Shown: positions 49,341 through 61,211 of the stretch, in pieces | Position numbering within the stretch: position 1 is the stretch's first letter | How the letters are laid out: every line of letters begins with the position of its first letter | Source: Schizochytrium sp. TIO01 | Lineage: Eukaryota > Protista > Bigyra: Labyrinthulomycetes | Direction: 5' to 3' | DNA length: 64,000 bases | Assembly (NCBI GenBank): GCA_004764695.1 | Contig: SMSO01000031.1 | Coordinates: forward strand, 6,988,761 to 7,052,760 | Notes under the pieces: model-generated | Seen by the model: the letters and a program-made list of their open reading frames with translations, nothing else | What the model was told of the DNA's origin: nothing | Databases searched by the model: none | Program-made: the position numbers and the translations under genes

Positions 49341-50606
49341 ATGGCGAGCACGGATTCAGTATTAGTGAATTTGCCGGTGGTGATGCCTAACCAAAATCAG
49401 CAGCAGAGTCCAGAACGGCAGCAACAGAGACATCAACACATCTCTCAACAACACCAACAACATCAAACCCAACAGCGACAAAACCAACAGCAAGCTGCTG
49501 CAGCTGTTGCTGCTGTTGCTGCTGTTCAGAATTATGGAATCACAAGCAGTGCTGCTGCGGCTGCCGCAACAACAGCGGCGGCAGCCGCGGCCGTTGCAGC
49601 TGCATCTTCTTCGCAAGATGAAGTTCTCTGTAGCATTTGCTTGCGAAGTCAACATGATGTTATCGAAGTATGTCTGACATCTTGCGGTCATTCTTTTTGC
49701 CGCGGATGCCTTGAAGAAGCACTGGATCACGGGTTGGACGGGTGCCCCATGTGTCGTTCGCCAATGAGTCGCTACAACATCATACTTCAGCGCACAGGTG
49801 AGCCCCTGGCCAGACCTGAAGTTAAATCTATCTGGGGTACTCAGTTCATTCAAGGTGGTACACCGGGTTTGGCAAGCTATCACTTTGCAGCCGATGGGTC
49901 AAAGGCCTGGATCTCATACGATCCAAATCTAACATTTTCGGTTTGGCGTCTTGATAATGGCTCACCGCCTCCAGAAATGAAGGAATTCCAAGACCCTACC
50001 TATGATCATGTTTCACGAACATTTACTGGAACAATTTCATGGACGCCAACTTCATTCCAAGGTCACTCAAAGTGGGAGTACAGAATGGAATTTGATGAAG
50101 GCTTCACACGAATTCAAGCAGGTAGCGTAAAATCATTCATGCCCAATGGCCAGATGGCCAACGAGATTTTCTTTGGTCGCGACCTGATATACCGTCGCTT
50201 CCGTGAAAATATTTATGATACTGTTTATGTGCAAATAACTGCATTCACATCTTACCTTGCCAACTATTCGGCAATGGTTGGTAAGGCATCTTATCATTTC
50301 ACCAGAGATTCATCCTGGATTTCCTATGCTACTGCACCAGATTCGTGGAGACTTGACTCTGGGGAACGGCTTCCCCTCAAGAAATACTTTGAAAACACAT
50401 CTTATGATCAAGAGGCGCGAATTTTTCGTGGCATTATTGACTGGAGCACTACGCCTATTGCGAATGCTGTGCGCTGGGAGTATGAGATGTACTTCGATTC
50501 GTCATTCAAGAAAATTGTGGATGGTACAGTTCTCACTATATTTCAGGATGGCACCCATCAGACAAAACATTTTGGTGTAGACATGATCTACGTACTGAAA
50601 GATTAG
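49341..50606 (+). CDS. C3HC4 RING-finger protein (putative E3 ligase) with a poly-Q/poly-A N-terminus and two tandem copies of an unidentified ~125-aa domain
   Basis: CSIC..CGHSFCRGC..CPMCR. The duplicated motif G.ASYHF..WISY..WRLD.G...P..K.F....YD...R.F.G.I.W...WEY.M.FD..F..I..G.V...FG.D.IY occurs twice. Confidence 0.9.
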   Translation: MASTDSVLVNLPVVMPNQNQQQSPERQQQRHQHISQQHQQHQTQQRQNQQQAAAAVAAVAAVQNYGITSSAAAAAATTAAAAAAVAAASSSQDEVLCSICLRSQHDVIEVCLTSCGHSFCRGCLEEALDHGLDGCPMCRSPMSRYNIILQRTGEPLARPEVKSIWGTQFIQGGTPGLASYHFAADGSKAWISYDPNLTFSVWRLDNGSPPPEMKEFQDPTYDHVSRTFTGTISWTPTSFQGHSKWEYRMEFDEGFTRIQAGSVKSFMPNGQMANEIFFGRDLIYRRFRENIYDTVYVQITAFTSYLANYSAMVGKASYHFTRDSSWISYATAPDSWRLDSGERLPLKKYFENTSYDQEARIFRGIIDWSTTPIANAVRWEYEMYFDSSFKKIVDGTVLTIFQDGTHQTKHFGVDMIYVLKD

Positions 50607-53600
50607 AGTTCTTTGGCACCACTTTGCTGAACTTATACCGGTACGGACTTGACTCTTGAGCAGTCAAACAGCTTCTCGTTTGAGTTCTCTGTGTAAATTC
50701 TATAAGTCGGAGAGGAACTCATTTTGCTTCGACTTGCCTGGCAACCCAACGCAGCTGTGTGCACATTCTCACGTTGTGTTTTTATACATATGGACTGTGG
50801 GTTAGCAAAGCCACGGTGTCGCCCAACAAAGTAAACACGTCTTAAGGATGTAGTTAGTGTGGTGCGGCGCGGTGCAGGTCTTCAAAGGTTTTATACGTGC
50901 AACGAGGCTTAGATACGTTTCAGAATCTTTATTTTTCAGCCCATTAAACCAACCGCCTACCACTTAGTCCGCTCTTCCAACGTTGTGCAGCTACTTGGAG
51001 TAGCTGCCAGCGGAAGTTCTGACATACATTAGCACCATCATCTCTGTGCGATATCACAGACAGACAAACTATTACATGTCATCGCGACCATGACAACTTG
51101 GACCGGGAACAGCGAGAAAATTTGAAACGAGTTTAATGAAAGTGTATGATTTTAAACCCACTGGCATTCACTAGCTCTGGACGATACAGATCTTCTGAGT
51201 GCCCAAGTTCTGCTGGACTCTGTGTGGCCATCCTACGTATTTCTTTTATTTCTGCAACAAGAAACTCCTTGTCTGCAAGCAAACATCGATTTTCTGCAAT
51301 TCCTCTCTGTCAAGGGTTTTTACCTAGAAATTGTAAACAAAAGTTTAATGAATACCTATCTTCAGGTTTTGATTTGGTAAATTAACGAAAACAAAATCAT
51401 GAAATCTATAGCCCTGGCAAAAGATTGAACGGCTATGCCATGAGTTAACTTTTCTTTTCTTGTATGTTTCCAAAATCGCGCTTTAAAAGGTGGATTCACA
51501 ACATTCCTTCATTCTTTTAAATTCTATGTGGTATTTATGTGGTATGTGATTAAAACAGCTCAAATAAACCATAACTTCAATATGTCGTGGCTTTGCACAA
51601 AAAGCAAATGAACAAGGGGGTATTTACCAGAAGAAGAAAAGAAGAAAAGGAGGAGCTACAGCATGTATGATATGTTTAAGATCAATTGCCACTGATCGTC
51701 TGGCTACCTGACAGTTTCATGACATCTTTGAACAAAATACGATATTCCAGTTTTGTTTCGAATGTATAGATGTATAGAACATTCAATCAAGCCAAACCAT
51801 CTGTATCCAGTACTATACCTTCACTTCCACGTCATATAAATAGTATAAAGTAAACACTTCTAATTTCTTAAGTACATGTTTTCAAATTAATGTTGTTGTT
51901 ACTACATGTATTTCTGATTCGACAATGAAATTTGTTGAAATTAATTGCATTTGCGACACAATCAGGTAGACTTCCCTTCATAATTCGATTTTGTTTAGAT
52001 TATCTCCTCTAAGCGGCTTTAGTTGATACACGATCCTAGAAGCAACACTCCTCGGAGCTTGTTATCTGAAGTTTACGATACGCAGCATCAACGTATACAT
52101 AGATTCTGCACGTAGACAGAGATAATTATAAAATTTTAAGGTATAGAATAGATTTATCGTTTTTATAAAGTATAAGAAATTCAAAAGATTGTTTTATTCC
52201 AACTTAAGTTAAGCGCTTCTTATGCTGGTGCACTTTAAATTTGTTTGCTTTGCTTTATTTTATGCTTTGACGATCATCTGTGGAAGTTTCTGAACTCGCA
52301 GATAATAGGTACTCTGGTATCTTGCTAGCGCTAAAATTCATAATGCCATTTTAACGCTTGATCCCAGAGGAGATCATATAAAACCTCTGGTTCATTGCTT
52401 TTCTTGCCTAGCTACTCTGAACGGAAGAGTGCGTTACCACCCCAATATTCACGAATGGAAAGATTCATACCATATACTACGCCAATAAAGATTTCCCAGC
52501 GAAATGGCGAGCATTTGTTTGACTTCCCATGTATGGCTTTGAGTAGAGCACTTTTTCTTGTTGCATTTTTGAACGATCAGTTGCCAAATTGCCAAACTTC
52601 CTATTGCAACATGTCTTCATTAAAAACGTTTTAGTATTAAAAAGATACAAAAGGTACAAAAGGTACTTCAAAGAAAAAATTAATCACCAAGAAAAAGACT
52701 TTTATTTTTTTTAAACTCAAAACATATTCACCTTCAATTCTAACAGTATGACAGATATTGGTAATCCGCAAGTCTTTTCTTCAAGTGCTGAGCCAGAGGA
52801 GTTTGAGATCAATGTCGAAGCGTGCCTTGGCATTTTTATGTTTTGTTTTTATTTTTAATGAAGGATTGAGCTCTGCTTCATCGGCCCTGCACGCTTTTCT
52901 CGATTGCGATTCTCAGGAACGAGTCTTAGGTTCACAGCAAGCAAATAGATCGTATTGTCGACAACAACTCAAACGTGCTTGACTCTGAAAACCACTAGTG
53001 CTCTAAGCAAGTCGAGACTCAACCAGCACGGATACGTCGTGCGCGTTGACAGATTTCCTATTTCGTAAAAGTGAATTGCGTTTTTATTTCTGTTGCTGAT
53101 TACCACCACCGCGCCAAGGCTTCGTGGGACCTTCCCACAAAGAATCAGCGCGTTGCTTTCAAGCTTCACATTGACAAATGCAACTCTTTCGACCTGTGGG
53201 ATCCTACGTAACTTGGCTTGCTTCACCCAGCCTCACAAACTATGAACAAACTGATGTACTCTTCAACTTCATAATTAATTGATCTCTTTGCTCTGTTATA
53301 CTTCTAGCCCACATGGCATGGTACTTTCCTTGAAGCAAACCTTGGGTTTGCAAAGAAATAAGTATGGAACTGCGATCACTCAAGCAAGGGCAAGACCAAG
53401 GCCGCGCTCGAGAACTACCCTAGTTCTCCCTTGTGACAACAAGCCCAGAACCTCCTTTGAAACGTTTGCTTGTTTGCACCACAACTAACTGCTCGAGCAC
53501 TACCTTGCTACATTTATAATTGTGTAGGTACATAGGTACTCGCTTGCTTGTATTTTTTATGATAGCATCGTATTGTACAAACCTAAGTCGCTGACGAGTT

Positions 53601-54729
53601 ATGCAGTACCTAAGCAAGTTTAAGACGGGACAAAGTCAATCGTTTCAGGCAAGTCCAGACAATCCACCTTGAACGAGCGAATTGTGCCACGTGTGTACAG
53701 AACGAACGTGTGCGGAAGCTTAATTGCCTTCGTTGAGAAGAAGTGGTGTCCAATATATTGTAGGAAGGCAGATAACGACGAAGTTAGTAGCTTCTGCTGC
53801 TAATACCTCCTTATACAGATCCCTAGTTGTAGATCGGCGCTCCTATGCGCCGTAATTTATACCTCGGTGCGCACTCCCTCTGCTAGCGCCTATTAGTTCT
53901 AATATTAAAAACGTTCTTTGCTCTCCGCCTCAGGCGTGTCTTTCGCGATGCTACGCAGATCCTAACTCAAAGGTAGCGGGAAAAAAAGAGCCGCGAGAAG
54001 ACAGGAATAGGTAGCGTTCTCTTGAGGCTCTTACTATTTTACGGGCCGTTCTGTTCTTTACCCGTCGCCGCGAGGTGGGTGCATGCTTATTCCTGTATCA
54101 GTTGATCTGCAGCAAGCTGTTGGCCCAGGTGTTCGCTAGTAGTGCTACTACTACTGGTTTCCTCTTCTCCTTCTCTCTTCTGTCACAGACCTCGCAACGA
54201 GAAGCCGCTCGCGCCTCGTGCAGAGCCGCAGCGCCCGCCGCCGCTGCCGCAGCGCCCTCCAGACGCTCTCCTACTTTATCGGTTCCCTTCTGCGTGCTCC
54301 GTTTCGCCGCTCCCTGTGCGTAGCTTGAAGACTTGCTGTCAACGTGCGAACGGCAGCCTCTTCATCTCTCGTTGGGCCCGTCTCATTCTCGTTTTCAGGT
54401 TCGCCTTCAACTCTTTCGGCCTCGAGCCTCTGTTGCGCTTGTGACCAAGTTGAAATCGCAGAAGATCTGCCTGCACTTCTGTGGACTGCAGACAGAGCTT
54501 GCAAGCTAGTTGACGGCTGGTGTGTAGTTCAAGCACGTGTCGTTGAATCCTTATTGTTGATACTCTTCATATCGTTGGGGTTTGAAGATTTGGTCTGCGT
54601 AGAAAGACTTTGCGTTAAGGAAAAAGGTCGGCTTGCTTGGCAATTCTATCTGAAAACCGTGGGATCTTTCTAACGTTGCGTGGAAAGTAGAGATTGTGGA
54701 AAAAGATCAAGAACTAGCTAGCTAGAAAG

Positions 54730-55642
54730 ATGGACCTTCTTGATGGCTGGATTGAGCGCCTTCTGAACTGTGAGGCCCTTTCAGAGAATGAGGTTAAGAC
54801 CCTAACATCCAAGGCCCGTGAGGTTCCTCATGGAGGAGTCAAACGTGCAGGCTGTTAACGCACCTGTGACCGTATGTGGTGACGTGCATGGCCAATTCTA
54901 TGACCTCATGGAGCTCTTCCGTATCGGTGGTAAGACACCCGATACCAACTACCTCTTCCTTGGTGACTACGTAGACCGCGGATACTACAGTGTTGAAGTC
55001 GTTTCTCTGCTCGTCTGCCTCAAGGTGCGCTTCCCTCAGCGTGTCTTCATCTTGCGAGGTAACCACGAATCGCGACAGATTACCCAAGTATATGGCTTCT
55101 ACGATGAGTGCTTGCGTAAATACGGTAATGCGAATGTCTGGAAGGAGTTCACCGACCTTTTCGACTACTTGCCACTTACTGCTCTTATCAACGAACAGGT
55201 CTTTGGCCTCCATGGTGGCCTCAGTCCGTCGATTGACTACCTGGATAACATTCGTGCCCTTGACCGCGTGCAGGAGGTTCCCCATGAAGGTCCTATGTGC
55301 GATTTACTCTGGTCGGACCCTGATGACCGCAGTGGATGGGGTATCTCTCCTCGTGGCGCCGGCTACACTTTCGGCAAAGATGTCTCACAAACCTTTGCTC
55401 ACAACAACGGCCTTGTGCTCATTACACGCGCACACCAACTTGTGATGGACGGTTACAACTGGTCTCACGACAAGTTTGTCGTCACCATCTTCAGTGCACC
55501 AAACTACTGCTATCGTTGCGGTAACGAGGCCGCTATTCTCGAGATTAACGAGAGTCTTGAATACAACTTCCTTACCTTCCAGCCAGCTCCACGGCGTGGT
55601 GAGCCCCACGTGACGCGTCGCACGCCTTCATTTCTTCTTTAA
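54730..55642 (+). CDS. PP2A-C: Ser/Thr protein phosphatase 2A catalytic subunit, with a +1 frameshift at ~54825
   Basis: ATG 54730 gives [32 protein letters not shown]; the +1 frame continues [51 protein letters not shown]. Confidence 0.95.
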
Positions 55643-56593
55643 TTTCACGCCGTCTAAGACCTTTCGTTTCGTATTGGTTCCTTGACTCTAGTAGGTCAGG
55701 TATCACATTTGGAGTCGCAATATCTTCTCCAAGATGGCAACGAGATATCGGGGAGATGAAGGAGAGGGGCTATATAAGCTGTAGTCTCAAATGAAAAATG
55801 TGCTAACTCCGCCAATGATGCTTTTGGCGTGTAGTGTTGCACAGAAGCCGCTGCCGCGGCGAAAGACCACACCACCCACATTTTTTCTTAACACACCTTT
55901 GGTCTCTTCTTTCTCCAGCTGCCCTTTTGTTCAACTATCCTTCTTCCCTTCCCATTTCTTTGTCAAATTACTGCCTTTCCAAAAGGCAAGCCAAAAAGAC
56001 AATAACAAATTATATACCTCTCCTTGAATGTTTAGGAATGAGGAGCAAACTGACCATGACGAAGAGTTGGCGCTGCCTTCTTTATGCCCTATATGCGCAA
56101 CCCATCTTACACTTTTTGCATCTTTTCCCATTATCTTTTTCCTTGTTGAGAAAGATGGTACTTATGCATCCTGCTGCAAACGATCAGCGCGTTTTGGCAC
56201 ATCTACTTGGGCAGCAAGTAATTAAAAATTATACGAAGCTAGCGCTTTCACTCAGCTTACTTTAACTCTTCACAACGCAATGTTTCTTTTGTTGTTTATA
56301 CATCGTTCTTTAGGATTTGGTTGTAAAAAGGAGCAATATCGCTCGCTTTCAAATTGAAGAAGATCTGACTACAGATTAATTCTACACCGCTAGATTTAAA
56401 AAGCAAGCAGCAAGACGTCTTGAGAAAAAAGAAATGAAGGGCCCCTTCTGGCAGTCCCTTGATTGTTTACAAGGAAAATATCAAAATAAGAAAGCATGTG
56501 ATTTTTGAAACAAAAATAAAGATCATCTCGATTTAACCTCAACATGACTGAAACTATCGAAGTAATAACAGTATGTTGAGGAGAAAGGAAAGA

Positions 56594-59309
56594 CTAACCA
56601 GAAAGTGCCGATAAAAAAGCGTACTCTGACCATGCTCCCTTAGGCCCTGCTGTTGTAAGCTTAACACGAGACAATTTAGATTTTGTGACAGTCCTCCAAT
56701 ACCCAAATACACGTCGCAGCAGAGCATGCTCATAGAGTACGTTTGCGAATACTTCATCCCTGTGTATGGAAAATGACGATTTCATGGCCTCAGCTTGGGT
56801 ATGTGAGTACGCTCCATGAAGTTTTGCTAAAGTGTGATACCGAAGACGCACTGACTGACGAACCCGATCAACCCACACTTGAAAGCAACGGCGTTTGATA
56901 CGAGTTTCAAAAATGATTTGCGCACCGTGCTCAGTAAGAGGTAGAATAAGACGTTGATCAATTACACATGCTGACCATTTACGAAAAACTTTTCGTACCA
57001 ATTGTTGTCTTGCATGCCGTGCTGCCATTCCTAGTAGATAGGTTTCTGATTTTTGAAGATACCAATGGTCGATCCATTGGTTGAATGCGCGAGTCAACAA
57101 ACTTTTGCGGCGGAACATAGCAGCCAAGTGCAGTTCTCGCCGGTGTAGCTGTGTCTCTGCCGTCAACTCACACCACCGTTGCAAAGCTCTGCGCATTTGA
57201 TTGTTTTGGATCCGATATCTATAGGTCATCCACCGTGTGGACAAATAATGCCATTCTAGAAAGCAATGAGACACCGTCTTGAGTGTGAGAACTCGGTCAT
57301 AAGCACGTGCAATATCGGCATGACCAAGGACGATGTCTCGCCACGCCTTGAATGTGCGAACCAGAAGATGAAGCCGCCGTAAATTATCTGCAGCCTGGGT
57401 CACCAAGCGATCTTCCACCATATCAAAAGTATATATCTGCCAAGCACGAAGACAATTTGACAGACATCTCTTTCGGTTTGCAATAGTCGCCAATGTTTCT
57501 CGAACATCTTCTTGTGTAGCAACAATCCAATTATCTTTGAGTGCACTGAGACCCTGAGCTACCATTTTGCGCCGACGATGTCGCGTTGCGACTCGATCGC
57601 ATTTGCTCAACCATACTATTGAAATCCAAGAATTGAAGGATCTCCTCATTTGTTGGACGTCACGGAGAGCAACGGCATCGTTATCTTGGTTTTTATCGAT
57701 AGCATTATTAACGAGCATACGAAGTGCTTCCGTAGAACGACGTGCTTGCCAGTATCTCCTTGATTTATCCACTTGTGATCGCAGAAAAATGCGAGTCCCA
57801 CTTGCTATTCCAAGCCGTCGTAAAGCCTGTCGCAATCGTAAGCGATTCAGAAAAGCAAACGTGCGTCGCGCAATTTGTTCTTCAACGCAGACTTCATTCC
57901 ATGCAGCGAGCACTCGCTTCGACAGCTGATACTCGTACATGAGCTGCGCACTCTCTATCTTTAGTTCCATCCGGGTCTGAGCATCGAGACTCGCGCGCCA
58001 TTGACGCAGAGCATCAATCGCACAACGACGACGAGCCGTGTGACGAACGATTCGAGCACGAATGCTAAGAGATGCGTGTTTTCGCAATGTATCGAGCCCA
58101 AGAAACAACCCTACCATGCGCCTATAAGCATCAGCTGCCCCATCAGCCTGGCGTTGTCGTTGCAATGACGTTGCGCCATCTCTCCACCTCCGCATAGCAA
58201 ACTTTAGTTTATATTGTCGAATAGTTGAAGCTGCCCGTGTATCCAACAAATTCTTTCGCTTTTTCCCCAAAGCAAATATGCGAACCTGTCGAATTGCCCT
58301 TTTTTTGGATGCCAGCTCGAAATAGGAGTCCCCTATTACACAAAGCTCGGAATATCGACGCTCTGTTTCGACTAGTGAAGACCAGGCACCAAAGGTGCGA
58401 TACAACGTGCGAAGGCGATACATCCGCACAGCTCGATATGCTTTGCACCATGAATCAAGAGTTTCTAGTTTTCGTCGAAGAGTTATCGCTTTTGCGGCTT
58501 CACGAGTATGTTTGCACTGCTGTGCGTTAAGCATTAGCTTTTGAAAACTTCGCGCCAAAGTTCGTTGATGCTCTGCTGTGACCCTCTCAAGCTCTTTCTC
58601 CTCCCAATCACTGTCTTTGTTAGAAAATGGCTCATCAGCAAATTGTTTGTGCAAGCGCCATCTCAAGAGGGCTGCCGAAAAGTCTCGGTCTGTGGCGTTC
58701 CTAGGTTCATTACTGACATCAATCTCTTCGGGGTGTTGATTGTTACCATGGATATTCGTACCATGGCTATATGATCTTTGAAATGTTTGGAGCGAACCAT
58801 TATGGAATTTAATACGGAGTGGATCATCTACAAGTGAACTTTTGGGTGGAAGGCCAACATCCTCTGCTGCCTCCTTAAAAAGCTTGGGGGTGGCGTTTGT
58901 ACAACAGCTCTTCGAAGCGTTCGTCATCATCTTCTGAGCGCTCCCCATCTTCGTCAATATTGACGTCGCCAAAGTTCCCTGCAATTGACGAAGACGAGGA
59001 AAGAGTGGAAGATGAACTTTCTGGACCCTTTGCAATTGAAGTATTATGTCCTAAGATTGCATTCGCTTTGCTCCCGATGTCAGAAATCTCACTATACCCT
59101 GAATTTGTAGACGCTTGTCTTCGCCGCACGTGCGCCCTAAATGCAGCCTGCTCACGGCGTGTAGGCAAACGCATCGCAGTATTATTTAAGCTGTTATCCT
59201 CAGATTTGTCATGGATCTGCACAACTCGTGGCTTCACATTCATGCTAGAACTTGCATTCTCGTCATTCATCCAAGAAGCCTGATTTCTCTCTGCAGCAAA
59301 ATTCTCCAT
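56594..59309 (-). CDS. SFI1: Sfi1-like centrin-binding repeat protein, split by a +1 frameshift at ~58877-58890
   Basis: Many L..xF..W repeats (LYRTFGAW, LVRTFKAW, LLTRAFNQW, LVRKVFRKW, LLRRVFGYW). The N-terminal ORF 58875..59309 joins the main ORF if one base is removed from C5 or T5. Confidence 0.7.
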
Positions 59310-59481
59310 GGCGAACGACATTTTGCCAACGCTCGCTCACAACCCTGTATGCAATGTGCCCGATACCTTTCTCTCTTTGACCGTAAGCTTGAAGCTGTCA
59401 CGGTCTGCAGTTTTTGCAGCAGCAATCTTCAACAGAAGGACTTGGCTGCACTAATATACTGTTATTTGCTTCTTTCGCCCC

Positions 59482-59484
<3 letters not shown>

Positions 59485-59520
<36 letters not shown>
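59485..59520. repeat. (TA)n microsatellite
   Basis: Seen directly. Confidence 0.97.
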
Positions 59521-59529
<9 letters not shown>

Positions 59530-59537
59530 TATGTATG

Positions 59538-60712
59538 TTACGCTTCGCAGTCCCACCGGACGTTGCCGACAATGCGCTCTGACTGACCCGTCACTGCTTC
59601 AGGGCAAGCCAGACACAGAGCGCAATTCAAACTGCGCCGCACGACTATCCCTCTTCGTCCTTCGCCAGCGATCAGCCTCCATGTAGTACCATCAAACGCA
59701 ATCTCGCAGGGGAGGGTTTGCCAGACTTGGGCATTCCTGCTATCGCCGCTACTTTCACCGCTCACGAGCATAACAGAACCACTCTGGAACCTGCGCAGAA
59801 CGTATTTTCCTGACCCTTGTACAGGTCGTGTGGGGAACCACAGCAGAACGTTCTGCTCGCACTGGATCGGACCATAGTCGCGGAGGAGGCGTATCCAGAG
59901 CGGCATATCTTCAAGCTGTACTAGGTATCCAGAATGTTGTTTGCCAGCACGTTGAGAAGCGGACGGGTTTGATGTCGATCGGGATCTGCACTCCGCCGAT
60001 CCAGAGAGCCGGGCCTGTCAGACGTTGGACTCTTGCTGCGTGTGTGCTTGGTCCCGAGACGGCAAGGTTGAATGTAATGCGGGAATCGACCGCAAATGCA
60101 TGATGGATGATAATGACGGAATGAATGTGTTCTGCGTTTTGCAAGCTTGGCTCTAGCCGCTTCAGGCTGCGGTGGTGGCCTTGAGGTCGACGGCAACGCG
60201 TGCGAACTTCACTGCTCTTCGCTCCCTCATCTGCCCGCCAAGGCATCGTCGGGGTGGATCCCGATGTAAAGGTGGGCATGAAGAGTCACAATTTCCCATC
60301 CGCTTCCATCGCCTTAACCGAATTTGCGATCAAACATCCTGCCAACTCGCTCGGTAGCATCGCGAACTTCCTTGAGAACAGCTTGCAGCCATGCTCGCTC
60401 CCTTCTTGCAGCAGCTCTGCTGGTTGGAGGAGACGCCGAGGCAGAAGAAGTCAGTGTAGAAGAAGTCGTCAACGAAGCCGCCGTGCATCGTGCGAACCGA
60501 GTTGCACTTGGACCAGGCAGGACAAAGAGACCGTGCTGCTGCTGCGGCTTCGGCCTCAAGCAGTACTGCGAAACAAGCTTGTTTGGCTCTGCGGCTGCCA
60601 CCAAATCGTCGCCCGGAATCACCTTGTCAGGTCAAGTTGAGCTCAGCTCTTCATGCCATGGCCTGTAATAAATGCGGCTGTCTGTCTCAGCGGATAGATA
60701 ATCTGTCCTCAT
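59538..60712 (-). pseudogene. Possible decayed gene of unknown family
   Basis: GC-rich, coding-like block. One minus frame from ATG 60712 runs to ~59921 with four internal stops; ORF pieces 59911..60279 and 59538..59906 continue it in other frames. No family recognised. Confidence 0.25.
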
Positions 60713-61061
60713 GATTGATATGAAAACCATGGCCCGAGACCATTGGAGAAACCCGCAGACACCAAGCGCCGTCTGGAGCTAGCAAAGCCGGCGAGGCGCA
60801 CAAAAGGTTGGCTCGGCAGCTGACGAAGTGGGAATATCAGCGATTGAAGCGCTTCGCTTTCGCAGAGGTGGTACTGATGATCCTGAGGGGCATAACGAAA
60901 GAGAACAATCATTAGTGAGAGAGTGAGTGAGTGTGCTTTCTTTTAGGTACCTACTAATCTTACTATTATCACTTATTTGATTTGCTGCTTTCTATTATGG
61001 GGTATTTTCTTTTTCTTTTCTTTCAAGTTTCTTTATTGTGTGATTTTCTTTTTTCTTTTCT

Positions 61062-61063
61062 TT

Positions 61064-61118
<55 letters not shown>
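61062..61118. repeat. (TTTC)n microsatellite ~95 bp upstream of the SDR start
   Basis: Seen directly. Confidence 0.97.
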
Positions 61119-61211
61119 CTGTCTTGATCAAAGTCCTTCTTTTCATCAGCAAATCCAAATCTTCGTCCAAGTTCAATCTTCTAGTTCTGAGGATACGCAG
61201 AAAGCGCAACT

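Noticed and set aside
52758-53230. Possible retroelement fragment on the minus strand
   Set aside because: No RT, endonuclease or integrase motif identifiable.
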